Below, in pieces: positions 9,955-21,974 of a stretch of DNA of 31,125 bases. The stretch is taken from the NCBI GenBank assembly GCA_000388065.2, contig KB932206.1, one strand, 5' to 3'. The notes beneath the pieces were generated by a model, which was not told the DNA's origin, did not search any database, and worked only from the letters and a program-made list of their open reading frames with translations. How positions within the stretch are numbered: the first letter of the stretch is position 1; each line of letters begins with the position of its first letter. This DNA is from Fonticula alba ATCC 38817 (taxonomy: Eukaryota; Protista; Nucleariida). A program made the position numbers and the translations under genes.

Positions 9955-11371
9955 TCAGACCATCGCCGCGGCATCCTCCTTGGACCGGCGGGCCAGGATG
10001 GCCTTCGCCGCGTTGGACGAGCCGCCAGGCGGCTTGCCCAGCTTGCGGCTGATGAAGAGCCCGGCATCAACCAGCTTCTCCAGGTCGACGCCGGTCTCGA
10101 CGCCCAGGCCATTCAGCATGTACACCACGTCCTCGGTGGCCACATTGCCGGAGGCCCCCGGGGCATAGGGGCACCCGCCGAGCCCGGCCACCGACGCGTC
10201 GATGGTGGTGATCCCATGCAGCAGGCCCATCAGGACGTTGGCCAGGCCCTGGCCATAGGTGTCGTGGCAGTGCAGAGCCAGCTTGCTGAGATCGCCGCCA
10301 AGGCGGCGGTTGCAGATGTCCAGCAGGTGGGAGATGGAGCCTGCGCGGGTGTCATTGTTGTTGATGTCGTTGATGTCGTCGTGTGAGTGGATGCATGTGC
10401 CGGGCAAGGGAGGGAGCAGTTGGCGGCGAGACGGAGGAGGTGCCGCTCGCCGCCGGCTCTGGGCCACACCCAGAAGAGGGCACACACACACACGCACCCG
10501 GGGTACCGGCGCCGATGGTGTCACCCAGGGACACCTCGTAGCAGCCCAGGTCGAAGAGCTGCTGCACGACGTCCATCGTGCGCTCCGGGTCAATGGCCCC
10601 CTCATAGGGGCAGGCCACCACGCAGGAGACATACCCCCGGACCGGGACGCCCTGCTGGAGGGCGGCGTCCATCACCGGGCGGAAGCGCTGCAGGCTCTCC
10701 TCGATCGAGGCGTTGATGTTGCGCCGGCTGAAGGACTCGGAGGCCGCGGCGAAGATGGCCACCTCCCGGGCACCGGCCGCGATGGCGCTCTCGAACCCCC
10801 GGAGGTTCGGGGTCAAAACCGGGTAGCTGGTCCCGGCGCGCAGCTGGATGCCCTCCAGCACCTGGGTGGCATCGGCCATCTGCGCGATGCCCCGTGCGCC
10901 GTGCGGGCGTTTGGCCATGTCAGCGGATGCCCGGGCGGGCGGGCGGGGCGCCTGGCCCGGCGGGGCGTGGTGGGTCGGCGACGACGCACCTGGGGGACCC
11001 ACTTGGGCGAGACAAAGCTGGTGGCCTCGACCACCGGCAGCCCGGTGTAGGCCAGCTTCTCGATGAGCTCGATCTTGTCGGCGGTGTCAATGATGCGCTT
11101 CTCGTTCTGAAGGCCGTCACTGGGGACGGGCGGGGCGGGAGAGGAGCAGGTCAGCGTCAGGCGTTTGGGGGGCCCTCCCGGCCAGGCAAGGGCGCACGCA
11201 CCGGGGGCCGACCTCGACGATCTTCACGCGCGCCGGCATCAGCTCCATGAGGCGGCTGCTCTGGCTGGCGAAGGGGGACATGAGGGACTGGGCCAGGGCA
11301 TCGGTGGTGACGGAGCGGCGAGCAGTGGGGGCGGCGGTGCGCGCGGCGCGCGAGAGCACATTCGACAGCAT
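9955..11371 (-). CDS. HMGCL: Hydroxymethylglutaryl-CoA lyase, mitochondrial. Exons 11371-11202, 11119-10990, 10879-10498, 10340-9955 (355 aa).
   Basis: Motifs [63 protein letters not shown] and [17 protein letters not shown]. The N-terminus is Arg/Ala/Ser/Thr-rich like a presequence. Three GTGCGT..CAG introns keep frame. Confidence 0.96.
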
Positions 11372-11491
11372 GATCAGCCGGAGGATGGGTGGGGCAGGGG
11401 CAGGGGACGGGGGGGGGGNNNNNNNNNNGCACATTCGACAGCATGATCAGCCGGAGGATGGGTGGGGCAGGGGCAGGGGACGGGGGGGGGG
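11356..11491. other. 63-bp direct duplication (11356-11418 and 11429-11491) around a 10-N gap; probably an unmerged contig overlap
   Basis: Identical copies flank nnnnnnnnnn (11419-11428), and both end in a G-run. Confidence 0.8.
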
Positions 11492-12310
11492 GGGGGGGAG
11501 AGGGGATAGGTGTGGAACTTACAAAAGAAAGGATAGAAGGTACGAATAACGGGGACGGGGAAAAAACGAAGATAGGGATAGAGAGGGTGATCGGCAAAGA
11601 TAACCTGGTCGTTAGTGCCGGCCTGGGGGAAAGGGGGCCGGCGAAGCAGCGCGGCCGAGCGGGGGTGACGGGGCTGCTGCTGGCGATGGGGGGAGGAAGA
11701 CCCCGAGGAGGCGAGGGGGCGAGGAGGGAGGAAGGGGGAAGCCTGTCTCGCGTGCGGGTGTGCGTGTGCCCGCGGCTGGGCCCCGAAAAGGGGCTGGCCC
11801 GCGATAAACGCGGACAAAGGAGGCAGACCCCCGCCCGGCCCGCTAGGCAGGCCAGAGCACCCGGGGGTCGGCGGGGGCGTGTGCGTGTGTGTGTGTGTGC
11901 GCGGGCATGCGCGTGCGGGGGAGGGCCGGGCGGGCTCGGGTCCGGCCGACGGCGGTGCGGCGATCCGTTGGGATATCCGGGGCAGCCTGGGCCGGGATCG
12001 CAGGCCGCCCAGCGATCTGGTCCCTCGCCCGCATCCCCCCCCCCCCCCCGCCCCCTGCGCGCGTTGCCGGCCATGGGGTGTCAGTTGAAGAAACAAAAAG
12101 AAAGCTAAAAAACATCCCCCGGGCGCCGGCTCGGCCCTTCCTGCCGGCCCCGTTCGTCCCCGGGGGGCCGGGAAAGGGCGCCATTCTTGGGACCCGGGGC
12201 CGTACCTCCAGCGGCCGGTCCGATCACCCAGCGCCCTCCTCCTCCTGCCTACCTGCACCGGCCCGCGCCGTCCGAGGTTCTCGCCCTGTCTCCGCCCGTC
12301 CCCCCTCCCC

Positions 12311-12619
12311 NNNNNNNNNNNNNNNNNNNNNNNNNNNNNNNNNNNNNNNNNNNNNNNNNNNNNNNNNNNNNNNNNNNNNNNNNNNNNNNNNNNNNNNNNN
12401 NNNNNNNNNNNNNNNNNNNNNNNNNNNNNNNNNNNNNNNNNNNNNNNNNNNNNNNNNNNNNNNNNNNNNNNNNNNNNNNNNNNNNNNNNNNNNNNNNNNN
12501 NNNNNNNNNNNNNNNNNNNNNNNNNNNNNNNNNNNNNNNNNNNNNNNNNNNNNNNNNNNNNNNNNNNNNNNNNNNNNNNNNNNNNNNNNNNNNNNNNNNN
12601 NNNNNNNNNNNNNNNNNNN
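12311..12619. other. Assembly gap (309 N)
   Basis: Run of n. Confidence 0.99.
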
Positions 12620-12814
12620 CCCCCCCGCCCCGTCTCTGTCGGCGAGCGGGATCAAGCGGTTGCTTTTCTCTTTCTATACCCCCCCCCCCTGGGCGGGGCA
12701 CACTTGGGCGCACCCGGGCGCGCCAACACCGGCCACCTGCCTCCTCTCCGCCTGGACCAAGGGCTGTCTTTCGTCGTCGCTGCCGGACCGGGCCTCGGAC
12801 CTCCCCCACTCGCC

Positions 12815-14437
12815 ATGCTCCCCGGCAAGCGTCCCCCCTCGCCGCCGCTGCAGATCGCGGCGCACCCAAGCAAACGCTTTCACAGGACGGATTCGCCGAC
12901 CGGCGGGGCGCCCCCCGTGGGGGATCTCCTCTTCGGCGAGCGAGGCATGCCCCTCCTTGTGCGTCATGGCCGAGAGGCATCCCACGCCATGTCTGGCTCC
13001 TTCGTCACGACTGACTATTGCTCGGTCCCTCCCTGTGCGCCTGCCTCGCGGCTGCCGGCGCCCCATCCAGGGCATCCGCAGCCCGGTGAATGCGAAGAAG
13101 GTCGCCGAGCTGGCAGACCTGCTGGTCTTCCCGAGCAGGCAGCGTGGTTCATCGAAGGGCCCCGATGAGGGCGATCGCAACCGCATCATCATCCTCTCCG
13201 GTCCCGCTGGCTCGGGCAAGGCCACGGCCCTGCGGCAGATCTGCACCCAGCGGAAGTACCCCCTGCGGGAGTGGACCAATCCCACCGGGCCGAACACCAT
13301 TCGCCGCCTGGGGGATAGTCTCGAGTGTGCGCACCTCTGCCATCCCCTCACCACCACCTTCGCCCTCTTCCTTCCTTCCTTCCTCCCTCCCTCCCTCCCT
13401 CCCTTTCTCCCGCCCTCCGATGGCGGGACATCCGTCAGCCCTCAGTTTGCTCCGGATCCCGCGCTCACCCCCTCGTCCCAGCCAACCGGTCGGGCGGCGT
13501 GCTCTCGCGCTTCGTCTCCTTCCTGGCCCAGTCGGCCGCCCTCCCGTCGCTGGATGGCAATGCGCCCGATGGCGAGGCTGAGGGTGGCCTGAGAGATGTG
13601 CTGGTTGATGGGAAGTCCTCCAGTCCATCGAACGTGCTGCTCGTGAAGGACCTCCCCCACCTGTCGAACATCGCCGTCCGGGATCAATTCCACGAGTGCC
13701 TTCGGAACTTTCTGTCCTTCAACTCGCGCTGTGTGCTGGTCCTCACGGTCACCGACCTATGGGGCTCCGAGTCGCATGTGGAGAACTTCACCGGGGCCCC
13801 GCTTCGCAATCGGGGCCTCGCCTCTGGCGGCACCTCCAGCTACTTCGCGAATCTGATGGGCCTGGTTCCGCGGGACATCGCCCTCGTTCAGACCTCCAGC
13901 GCCAGCGGTCCCGCCCCCCCGGCCAGGGCAGGCTCCCTGTCCCGGCATGGGGGATCCTATTCGCCGGGCTACTTCATTTCGCATGTTCGCTTCAACCCGG
14001 TGCCGCAGGCGGCCCTGTTGCAATTTCTCACCCACATCCACCAGCATGTGGCCATCTTCCGTGCGCATTGCACCTTCGCCCGCCCTTCCTCCTCCTGCCT
14101 TGGCGGCCTCGGTCCATACTGACCCATCCTCGGTCCCTCTCTCTCTCTCTCTCTTTCTCCATGGCGACTGGGACGTTCAAAGCGCTCAAGCCCCAACAAC
14201 TGGAGGACATCTGTGCTTCCTCGGCGGGGGATCTGCGTCTGGCGCTGAATGCCACACGCTTCCTGGGCCTCTTGAATGTCTCCTCCGAGTGCGCTCCTCT
14301 CCTCTTCCGTCCTCCCACACTTGTTTCCTCCCCCCCCCCCGCGTCCCGTCCTTCCTCATCACCACTAACACTGCCTGCCCCCCACACTGGGAAACACACG
14401 CACGCACATGCACGCACACGCACGCACGCACGCACAT

Positions 14438-14476
<39 letters not shown>

Positions 14477-15294
14477 CATGCACGCACGCACGCACATGCA
14501 CGCACGCACGCACGCACATGCACGCACATGCACGCACACGCACGCACGCACGCACATGCACGCACATGCACGCACATGCACGCACATGCACGCACGCACA
14601 GATATTTCGCCGGTTCTCTAGGCCGCGAGCCGGCTCGCTCCTTGAAGGATTCCATCGGCCTCATCCTGGACAATCCCTGTGCGTAAGCCGCCGGTCTGCT
14701 TTGTGTTGTCTCCCGGTCCTTTGCTCATTCCATCTGCCACGCCGGCCTCTTTGGGCCCCATCAGCCGAGGCCGATCTCCGCTCGCGTCTGTGCCCGTCCG
14801 GCTCGCAGCCCCAAGTAAATGGGACATACCTGGAGCCCACCGCACCTGGGCACTTGATTGTGGCACATGCACGGGGCATCGCCTCGCTCGACATCACGAG
14901 GCGTTTCTTGGCCTGCTACCATGAGTTCCTTCCCTTCGCCTTTCACCAGCTCCGGGGGCGCAACGAGCCGGGCGGGCCGTCCGCCCAGCTGGGCCCTGCG
15001 CTGGAGGCCATGGCACACATCTGGGATCATCTTGGCCAGGCAGATCGGTTGCTGCGCCAGCGCTCGGCCGCGGCCTTCAGCGGGGGTCACGGGTCGGGCG
15101 GCGGCCTGTCCTCCTCGGACCAGATCGGCGAGGACGACGGGTCTGGCATCGACGCGGAGATCCTCCTGCTGACGGTGATCCTCTCGTCGCGGTGCTTCAA
15201 CCGGTCCCCCCGGCGGAATGCCATCTACAATCAGCACACCCTCCGGCCCCAGCCGGCGCGCGGGAGCACCGGGGGCTTGGTCGGCCCTCGGGCA

Positions 15295-15335
<41 letters not shown>

Positions 15336-16598
15336 AGATCCCAGCAGCCCCGGGGCCACGCGTGATGTCGAGTCGCTGGTCGGCAGCGGGGCGCATCCGC
15401 TAACTTCGTATTTTGACCGGCGCCGGTATTACCATTCGGTCCTGCTTCGGAATCTCCGTCTGTCGTTGAGTGGCCTGTCGATGGACACCCTGCCAGCCGC
15501 CTTCTGGGGCGTCTACCTGCCGCTGTACTTCCCCCCGGCCGGCGGGGCCTGCCCGTCCCCGGGTCCGGGAGCCCCGCGGCCGGAGGCCGGCGATGCGGGC
15601 CTGCTGGCCATACCGGCGGCCCTGCTGGCGTCTGTCCGGCCATTTGTCTTCAACCACGGGGAGCTGGTTCTCGATCGGGCCAGTTACATCCGACGGCTGC
15701 TGGCCACGCCGAAGAGCGTCCACTTCCAGCCATGTGCGTGCTGGGGCCCCGTGTGCCGGCATGTGCTGCCTCCTTTTTTCTTTCCTTTTCGCCCGCCTCT
15801 CTTTCTCTTTCCTGCCCTCGCCGCGACCCCTGTGGCATTTGGCCACATGTCCTGCTCGCGTGCTTCCTGTGCCCTCGGGAGGGGCCCGCTCTACTCGCGT
15901 CGCCTGGCGTCTTTGGGGATGGTGGACTGACGTGCTCTCCTGCTGTGTGCCGGTGGTGGGGCCGCGCAGCCGCTTGCTCTTCCACCCAAGAAAGCAGCCT
16001 CACCGTGCAGCTCATGAACCAATTGTCGTACTTCCACGATTTTGATGGGCTCTCGGGGGAGGGCGCCACCGAGATGCGCCTGCCGCCATTGATGTTTGGC
16101 CATGCAGATGACATCCCCACCTTGCGAGATCCCAGCCGGCTGGTGTTCCCCTCGCCGGTGCCAGCCCGCCGGCGGGAGCCGGACCTTCTCCTTGGTGCGG
16201 CGACCGCCGGTCGGTCGGGGCTCCTGGCGGCCGGTGCTTCCGGGGAGCTGGGCCATGCTTCGCTGGAGCGCCGCTTTGCCGGGGCCTATGCTCGCCAGGA
16301 GCGCGAGCACAGGCTCCGAACGGGGCAGGCCCCGGTGGACGCCGGGCCGCGGTCGAGGGCGGCCACCTTGGCCACATCGCTGGGGGGCGGCCCGGGAGCG
16401 GGGGCCGTCCGGCGTGCAGGTCCCCCGGCCGGCGGTCCGGCGGCCCCCTGGTCCGGGGACCTGGCCCGGGAAGTCCACACCAAGCGCCTTCATCAATTCA
16501 TGTCTCGACACCGGGCGATGGTCACCGGTCGGGCCGCCGGGGCGGGTCCGCCCCCGCCGGAGGGTGCCGGGAGAGGTCCGCATCGCGGCCCTGGCTGA
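12815..16598 (+). CDS. RAD17: Checkpoint clamp-loader subunit Rad17/Rad24 (AAA+). Proposed exons 12815-12958, 13071-13326, 13482-14060, 14183-14288, 14602-14678, 14816-15733, 15970-16598 (about 902 aa).
   Basis: Motifs VNAKKVAEL, IIILSGPAGSGKAT..LREWTNP, VLLVKDLP, VRFNPV, ICASSAGDLRLALN and GRE...SL..SIGLIL are collinear with the Rad17 family. The model keeps frame (2709 nt). The start codon, the exon 5/6 and 6/7 junctions and the C-terminus are uncertain; a further intron at about 16576-16703 is possible. Confidence 0.8.
14395..14600. repeat. Compound (GCAC)n/(GCACAT)n purine-pyrimidine repeat, about 200 bp, in Rad17 intron 4
   Basis: Read directly; it runs up to the CAG acceptor at 14599-14601. 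Confidence 0.95.
15295..15333 (+). repeat. (GGC)13 coding repeat giving a poly-Gly tract in Rad17
   Basis: Read directly; in frame with exon 6. Confidence 0.9.
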
Positions 16599-18047
16599 TC
16601 TCCCCCCCGCCTTGGTCTTGCCTCGCCTCTCGTGCCGCCGCCGCCGCCGCCGCCGCCGCCGCTGCTGCTGCTGCTGTTGTTGTTCCCCCCTCCACACCCC
16701 TAGAGAATACACATGGCCTCCCCTGTGGCGGGCGCCGGCCGCCGGCCGCCGGACACAGTGCAACCTATGTGTAAGCAAGCTGGCCAGGGTATGCCACCCG
16801 CCGGCGGGGGGGCGTCGGCCGTCCTGGGCTGGCCGAGGGCTTGCTTATAAATGATCCCGCCCCGCTGGCTCTCCGTAGCCGTAGTTGCTCAGACCCGCCC
16901 CCCTCGGGAGGGGCCTTTGCCCGCTGGCGAGGGGGGCGGGCAGGGCAAGGGCACAGGCCCCCAACAAGTGTCTACGGGCCGCGCCCGCCGTGCGTTGGCA
17001 CCGGCGCGCCCGCCGTGTTCCGATCGGCGCGCGCCCGGGGATCCGCCCCCCCAGGGGGGGGCGTGGGGAGGGAGCGAGTAGAGTAAGCAAGGGGACGCGG
17101 CTAGCATGCGTGTGGGCCCGCCTCGAGCGGGGGCGCTCCCTCCGCGGGTCCTTCTTTGGTGTTCCTGCGACGCCGACATGCGCCGGCCGCGGGCGTGTCA
17201 CGGCGAGAGATGCCCGGGCGGGGGCGCCGGCCCCCGGGGCCCAGGGCGGTCCGCCGGCGGCGCAACCGCTCGAGGTTGTCCGAGCAACCTGCGTTCGCAA
17301 GCACCTTCGGTGCATGCTGCGTCCTCCGGGGCTTAGCTGCTGTTCATTTCGGCCCATCACCAACCAGACCCCCTCAGCCCCTCGCCCTCGGGCCCGGGGG
17401 CGTACATGTGTTGGAGGCCGGCTTCGCCCCAGCTGGGGGGGGGGAGGGGGGCGGAAAATTTTCCCCGTCCGCGCGTCCGGCCCGGGGCGCCCGGGACAGG
17501 AACGTCGGCCGAGCGTGGCCTGAGGTGAGTCAGTGGCCTGCCCCCCTCCCTCCCCCCGCCCCCCCCCGCCGTCGCCGCGGGCTCACGACCGAAGTGTCAG
17601 CTCCTCGAGGGGGAGAGAGCTCACGCTAGGGGGGCCGCGGGCTGTCGCGACCGAGGGCGCGCCCCTTCAAAATTTCGCCTTGGTTTGGTTACCCCCCCTC
17701 CCCCGTGAGCGGGCAGCCCCCTGGAGGGGGGGGGGGGGGGGAGTGAGGCCATCAGCTCGCTTGGGTAAGCGGCAGATCGTTCGCCCCCGGCCCTTTGCCG
17801 ATCCCCGTGGACCGGGGATCGGGTGCCCTGGCCGGGGGGCGAAGAATAAATTGTGGGGCAGCGCCGGCCCGATGGGCTTCGAGCCGGCTGTCCAAACCCA
17901 TGCTCCTCCTGCTCCTCCCTCCTGTTCTCCTCCTGCCTCCGCTCCGAGCCCTCTGTCCTCGTCGCATCCCCGCCCCCCCCCCCCCCTCCTCTGCCCCACT
18001 GTTCCACATCTAGTTGCCTGCCCGTCTAGCCGCAAGCAACAGCAGCC

Positions 18048-18705
18048 ATGAGCAAGCCACACAACCACCCGGCCCTGACCACCTCGACCGGCGCGCCGGT
18101 CGTGTCGAACCAGGCCTCGCTGACCGTCGGCCACGACGGGCCGATGCTCCTGCAGGACATGCACTTCATCGACAAGATGGCGCACTTCGATCGCGAGCGC
18201 ATCCCCGAGCGTGTGGTCCACGCCAAGGGCGCCGGCGCGTTCGGCTACTTCGAGTGCGCCCTCGACGGGCTTGGCAGCAGCCTCTCCTGCGCGGACTTCC
18301 TGTCCAAGAAGGGAAAGCGCACGCCGGTGCTGGCGCGTTTCTCCACCGTCGGCGGGGAGAAGGGCAGCGCCGACACCGCGCGCGACCCGCGCGGCTTCGC
18401 CATCAAGTTCTACACCGACCAGGGTGCGCACCGGGCCCCCGTCCCTGTTGTCTTTTCCCTTCCTTCTCTCTCTCTCTCTCTCTCTCTCTCGGTCCTGACC
18501 CCCCTTCTCCCCGCCCGCCCGGGTCTCGCGTCCAACCTGCTTCGATTCAGGCAACTTCGACATGGTTGGCAACAACACCCCGGTCTTCTTCGTGCGCGAT
18601 GCGATCAAGGTACCTTGCCATCGTTCCCCTCCTCTCGCCCGACATCGCGGCGCCCGGCATGATCTCCGCCATTGTCATCATTCTCTTTCCCCTCTCTCCC
18701 TCTCT

Positions 18706-18766
<61 letters not shown>

Positions 18767-19969
18767 CGTGTCTGCCTGCTTGTCTCTTACTCCCTCCCCC
18801 GTCCCTCCCCCCTCCCTCTCCCCCTCTTGCCCTACCGGCCCTGCCTCACTCCTCTTAACCAATGTCCCTGCGTCCTCCCCTCGCAACCGCAGTTCCCCGA
18901 CTTCATCCACACGCAGAAGCGCAACCCCCAGACCAACCTCAAGGACCCGGACGCCTTCTGGGACTTTGCCTCGCTGGTGCCGGAGTCGCTGCACCAATTC
19001 ACGGTGCTCTTCTCGAGCCGCGGCACGCCGGACGGCTTCCGCCACATGCACGGCTTCAGCTCCAACACCCTGAGCATGGTGTCCACCTCCGGGCAGATTC
19101 GCTATGTGAAGCTGCACTTCATCACCGACCAGGGGATCAAGAACCTGACCGATGAGGAGGCCACTCGCCTGGCCGGCACCGACCCGGACTACGCCACGCG
19201 CGACCTGTTCGAGGCCATCGAGCGCCGGGACTTCCCCTCCTGGACGGTGTATGTGCAGGCCATGACCCCGGAGGAGTGCGCCCAGTTCGAGGTGAACCCC
19301 TTCGATGTGACCAAGGTCTGGCGGCATGGGCTGGTCAGCATGCTGAAGATTGGCCGCATGGTGTTGGACCGGAACCCGGACAACTTCTTCGCCCAGATCG
19401 AGCAGGCAGCCTTTGCCCCGGCCAACATGGTCCCCGGCATTGAGCCCTCGCCGGATCGCATGCTCCAGGGCCGGCTCTTCTCCTACAAGGACACCCACCG
19501 GCACCGTCTGGGCACCAATCACCACCTGATCCCGGTGAATGCCCCGCTGCCGGCCGCGCACCCGGCCAATTACCAGCGCGATGGCGACATGAACACCGGC
19601 CCCAATGGCAAGTCCCGGCCGAACTACGAGCCCAACAGCCATGACGGGACCCCCCGGCAGGTGGGCCAGGCGGCCGGCGATACGCCCTTCGTCCCGGTGC
19701 ACCACAAGGACTCCGGCCCGAAGGACCTGCAATTCACCATCGGCCGGTATGAGTACAAGCTCACCGACACGGACTTCGTCCAGCCGGGGCTTCTGTATCG
19801 GCTGCTGAAGCTGGAGGAGCAGAAGGCCCTGACCGACAATCTGGGCAACCACCTGGCCGCGGCCAAGCGCGAGATCCAGACCCGCCAGCTGGACAACATC
19901 CGCCGTGCCGATGAGGCCTACGCCCAGGGGGTCAGCAAGGCCATCCTGCTGTCTTCGAGCAAGCTCTAG
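18048..19969 (+). CDS. CAT: Monofunctional heme catalase (small-subunit type) with PTS1 signal -SKL. Exons 18048-18423, 18551-18609, 18893-19969 (503 aa).
   Basis: Motifs [20 protein letters not shown] (distal His), [40 protein letters not shown] and [17 protein letters not shown] (proximal Tyr). The protein ends SKL-stop. Confidence 0.98.
18707..18766. repeat. (CCTG)15 microsatellite in catalase intron 2
   Basis: Read directly from the sequence. Confidence 0.95.
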
Positions 19970-20254
19970 GCACCTTCCAGGGCTCATGCCGGCCCCCGGA
20001 CATGTGTGGGCCCCCGGGGCCAGGTACGGGGCCACCGGCAGAGAGGCACCCACTGCCATGGGGATGGGCTGGGCACCCCGTCCTAAATGGCCTGGTGTTC
20101 ATGCCTCCTGCCTGATTCCTGCGCTTCCTCGTCCCTGCCATGGGGCAGGGGGCCTGCCCTGTGTTTCGTGTGTCCGACGCGCGCGCACGCGTACACACCC
20201 GAGCCCGGCGATGTGTGGGATGTAGGGCCAGCCACTGCACGCCGCCCCAGGCAG

Positions 20255-20289
<35 letters not shown>

Positions 20290-20664
20290 CATACGGGCAC
20301 ATACATGTACGGACACAGATGTGGACCGGGCCGTTGCTCTTCCCCTCCCTTTCAATTCGAGCGAAGGCCCGGCGGGGCTGCCCAGCAGAAACCCCATCTG
20401 CATGTGTATGTATGTGTGCGCTGAAGTATACACAGATGTCATATTTGCGCCCGGCTTCTGGCCATCGGTGGGGCGGGCCTTCTTTTTCCCTGCACGTGAG
20501 TACCCCACAGGAGGTGCCCCCTCCCCCTGCGGCGAGGGGAGAGTGCGACTTCTCATCTATTGGCAGAGAGGCGATGCAGCTGGGCGGGGGGAGCGGCATG
20601 TCGCAGCGATCTGTGAGGGGGGGGGGGAGAGGGGGGAAAGGGGGAGAATGACCTCAAAGGGGGT

Positions 20665-21766
20665 TCACGCATCGGCAGGCTGCTGCTTGGAGCTGCGCGT
20701 TGTCCGAGGCTTCAAGGGGAACACCAGGGTGTCGGGGGCACTGGTGGGGAAAGAAACGAAGGTGGCACTTTGGGGTCCCGTCTCGTCGTGGCCGTCGGCA
20801 GGGGGGATGACAACTTGCCGAGTGCGGATCACCTCGGCCACGCTCTCGAAGGCAACCTCCGGCTGGGTGGGGGTCAGTGCGGGTGGTCTCATGGCAGGGG
20901 GCCGAGGAGGGGCGGCGAGGGCGAGGCGAGGAACAGAGCATAACATGGCGCCAGGGCCGAGTGCACACCTTCTTATCCTCGTCCTTCTTCTGGCGCTTGA
21001 CCGGCTGCCGGGACAAGAGCTTCTGGACAACCGATTGCTGGGTGCCGGGGGGGGGGGGGAGAATAAAGAAGGTTAGGCGGGGAGTGGAGAGCCAGGAGTC
21101 GAGCGCGACACGGCCCAGGCCCATGTGCAGGGCACCTGGCGGGGGGACATACCATCTCCGACTCGAGGCGTTGGATGTTCAGGAGCCGACGTCGGTGGCT
21201 GAGCTCCTCCTGTGTCGGGCGGGAGGCGTCTGATTGGCCAGCAAGCGTGTCAGCATGGGGCCGTGTACTTGGCCGGGTGCGATGCCGGAGAGGACCCCGA
21301 GGAAGGCAGAGCGATGGGAAAGGGGAAAAAAAAAAAAGCAGCCCCAGACCAAGGACACACCGTCATCCTCATCGGAGCTGTAGTCAAAAGGGCGGTTTGC
21401 CGCCGAGCGGGAGCGCTTCAGCCCGGCGACAGATGACCGCAAAACCCGATGGTCGTCCTCGTCTTCATCGTCGTCGTCGTCGTCCTCCTCCTCCTCATTG
21501 TCGTCATTATCGTCATCCATGTCCTCTTCCTCCTCGGCATCCTCATCCTCAGCGTCCTCATCCTCAGCGTCCTCGTCCTCAGCGTCCTCATCCTCATCTT
21601 CGATGCCCTCATTTTCGTCGTCGTCCTGTTGGCCGTCATCGAGATCGTCACTTACAGGTGACCGGACATACACGTCCTCGGTGTCACTGCCGCCGGCTCC
21701 CGAGTCGGACGCCGAGTCGGACTGGTAGTTCAGCTCGTCACTGGCCGAGTCATAGTCGGCCCCCAT
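20665..21766 (-). CDS. INO80 complex subunit Ies2/INO80B-like (PAPA-1 region). Exons 21766-21361, 21229-21153, 21037-20969, 20862-20665 (249 aa).
   Basis: The ATG lies in a caccATGg context and is followed by a long D/E-rich N-terminus. Next come TQEELSHRRRLLNIQRLESEMQSVVQKLLSRQ (resembling PAPA-1 'EE...RR....KR.EE...T..KLL.+Q') and VIRTR....FVSFP. Three GT-AG introns keep frame. Confidence 0.62.
21538..21600 (-). repeat. About four copies of a 15-bp coding repeat (EDEDA)n in the acidic N-terminus
   Basis: The + strand repeats cctcatcctcagcgt; the protein reads EDEDEDAEDEDAEDEDAEDEDAEE. Confidence 0.85.
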
Positions 21767-21943
21767 GGTGTTAGCACGTCTCCGGTGGAGGTCGCCACGG
21801 GCGATGTGCGCAGAGGATGGCGGAGGCGACAGGCAGCACGCGACCGACGAGCAAGGCGCAAGGGGGCGATCAGAGAAGAGGTAGGATCGCGAGTGTTTGT
21901 TGGCGCCCTTCAAAAGTGTGGTGCATATACAGAGGAAAGGTGT

Positions 21944-21974
<31 letters not shown>

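Noticed and set aside
11356-11491. Apparent tandem duplication of the HMGCL start (second ATG at 11444)
   Set aside because: Exact copies on both sides of a 10-N gap and ending in homopolymer G are typical of an unmerged contig overlap.
14395-14600. Repeat arrays as possible CRISPR or telomeric repeats
   Set aside because: They are simple microsatellites with no unique spacers and lie inside introns of eukaryotic genes; no cas genes and no TTAGGG-type arrays.
16843-16850. TATA-like TTATAAAT
   Set aside because: No identifiable gene start 25-35 nt downstream; it could equally be part of the Rad17 3' region.
18048-19969. Catalase as a horizontally acquired or unusual enzyme
   Set aside because: It has spliceosomal introns, host-like codon bias, intact catalytic motifs and an ordinary PTS1; nothing in the sequence suggests novelty.
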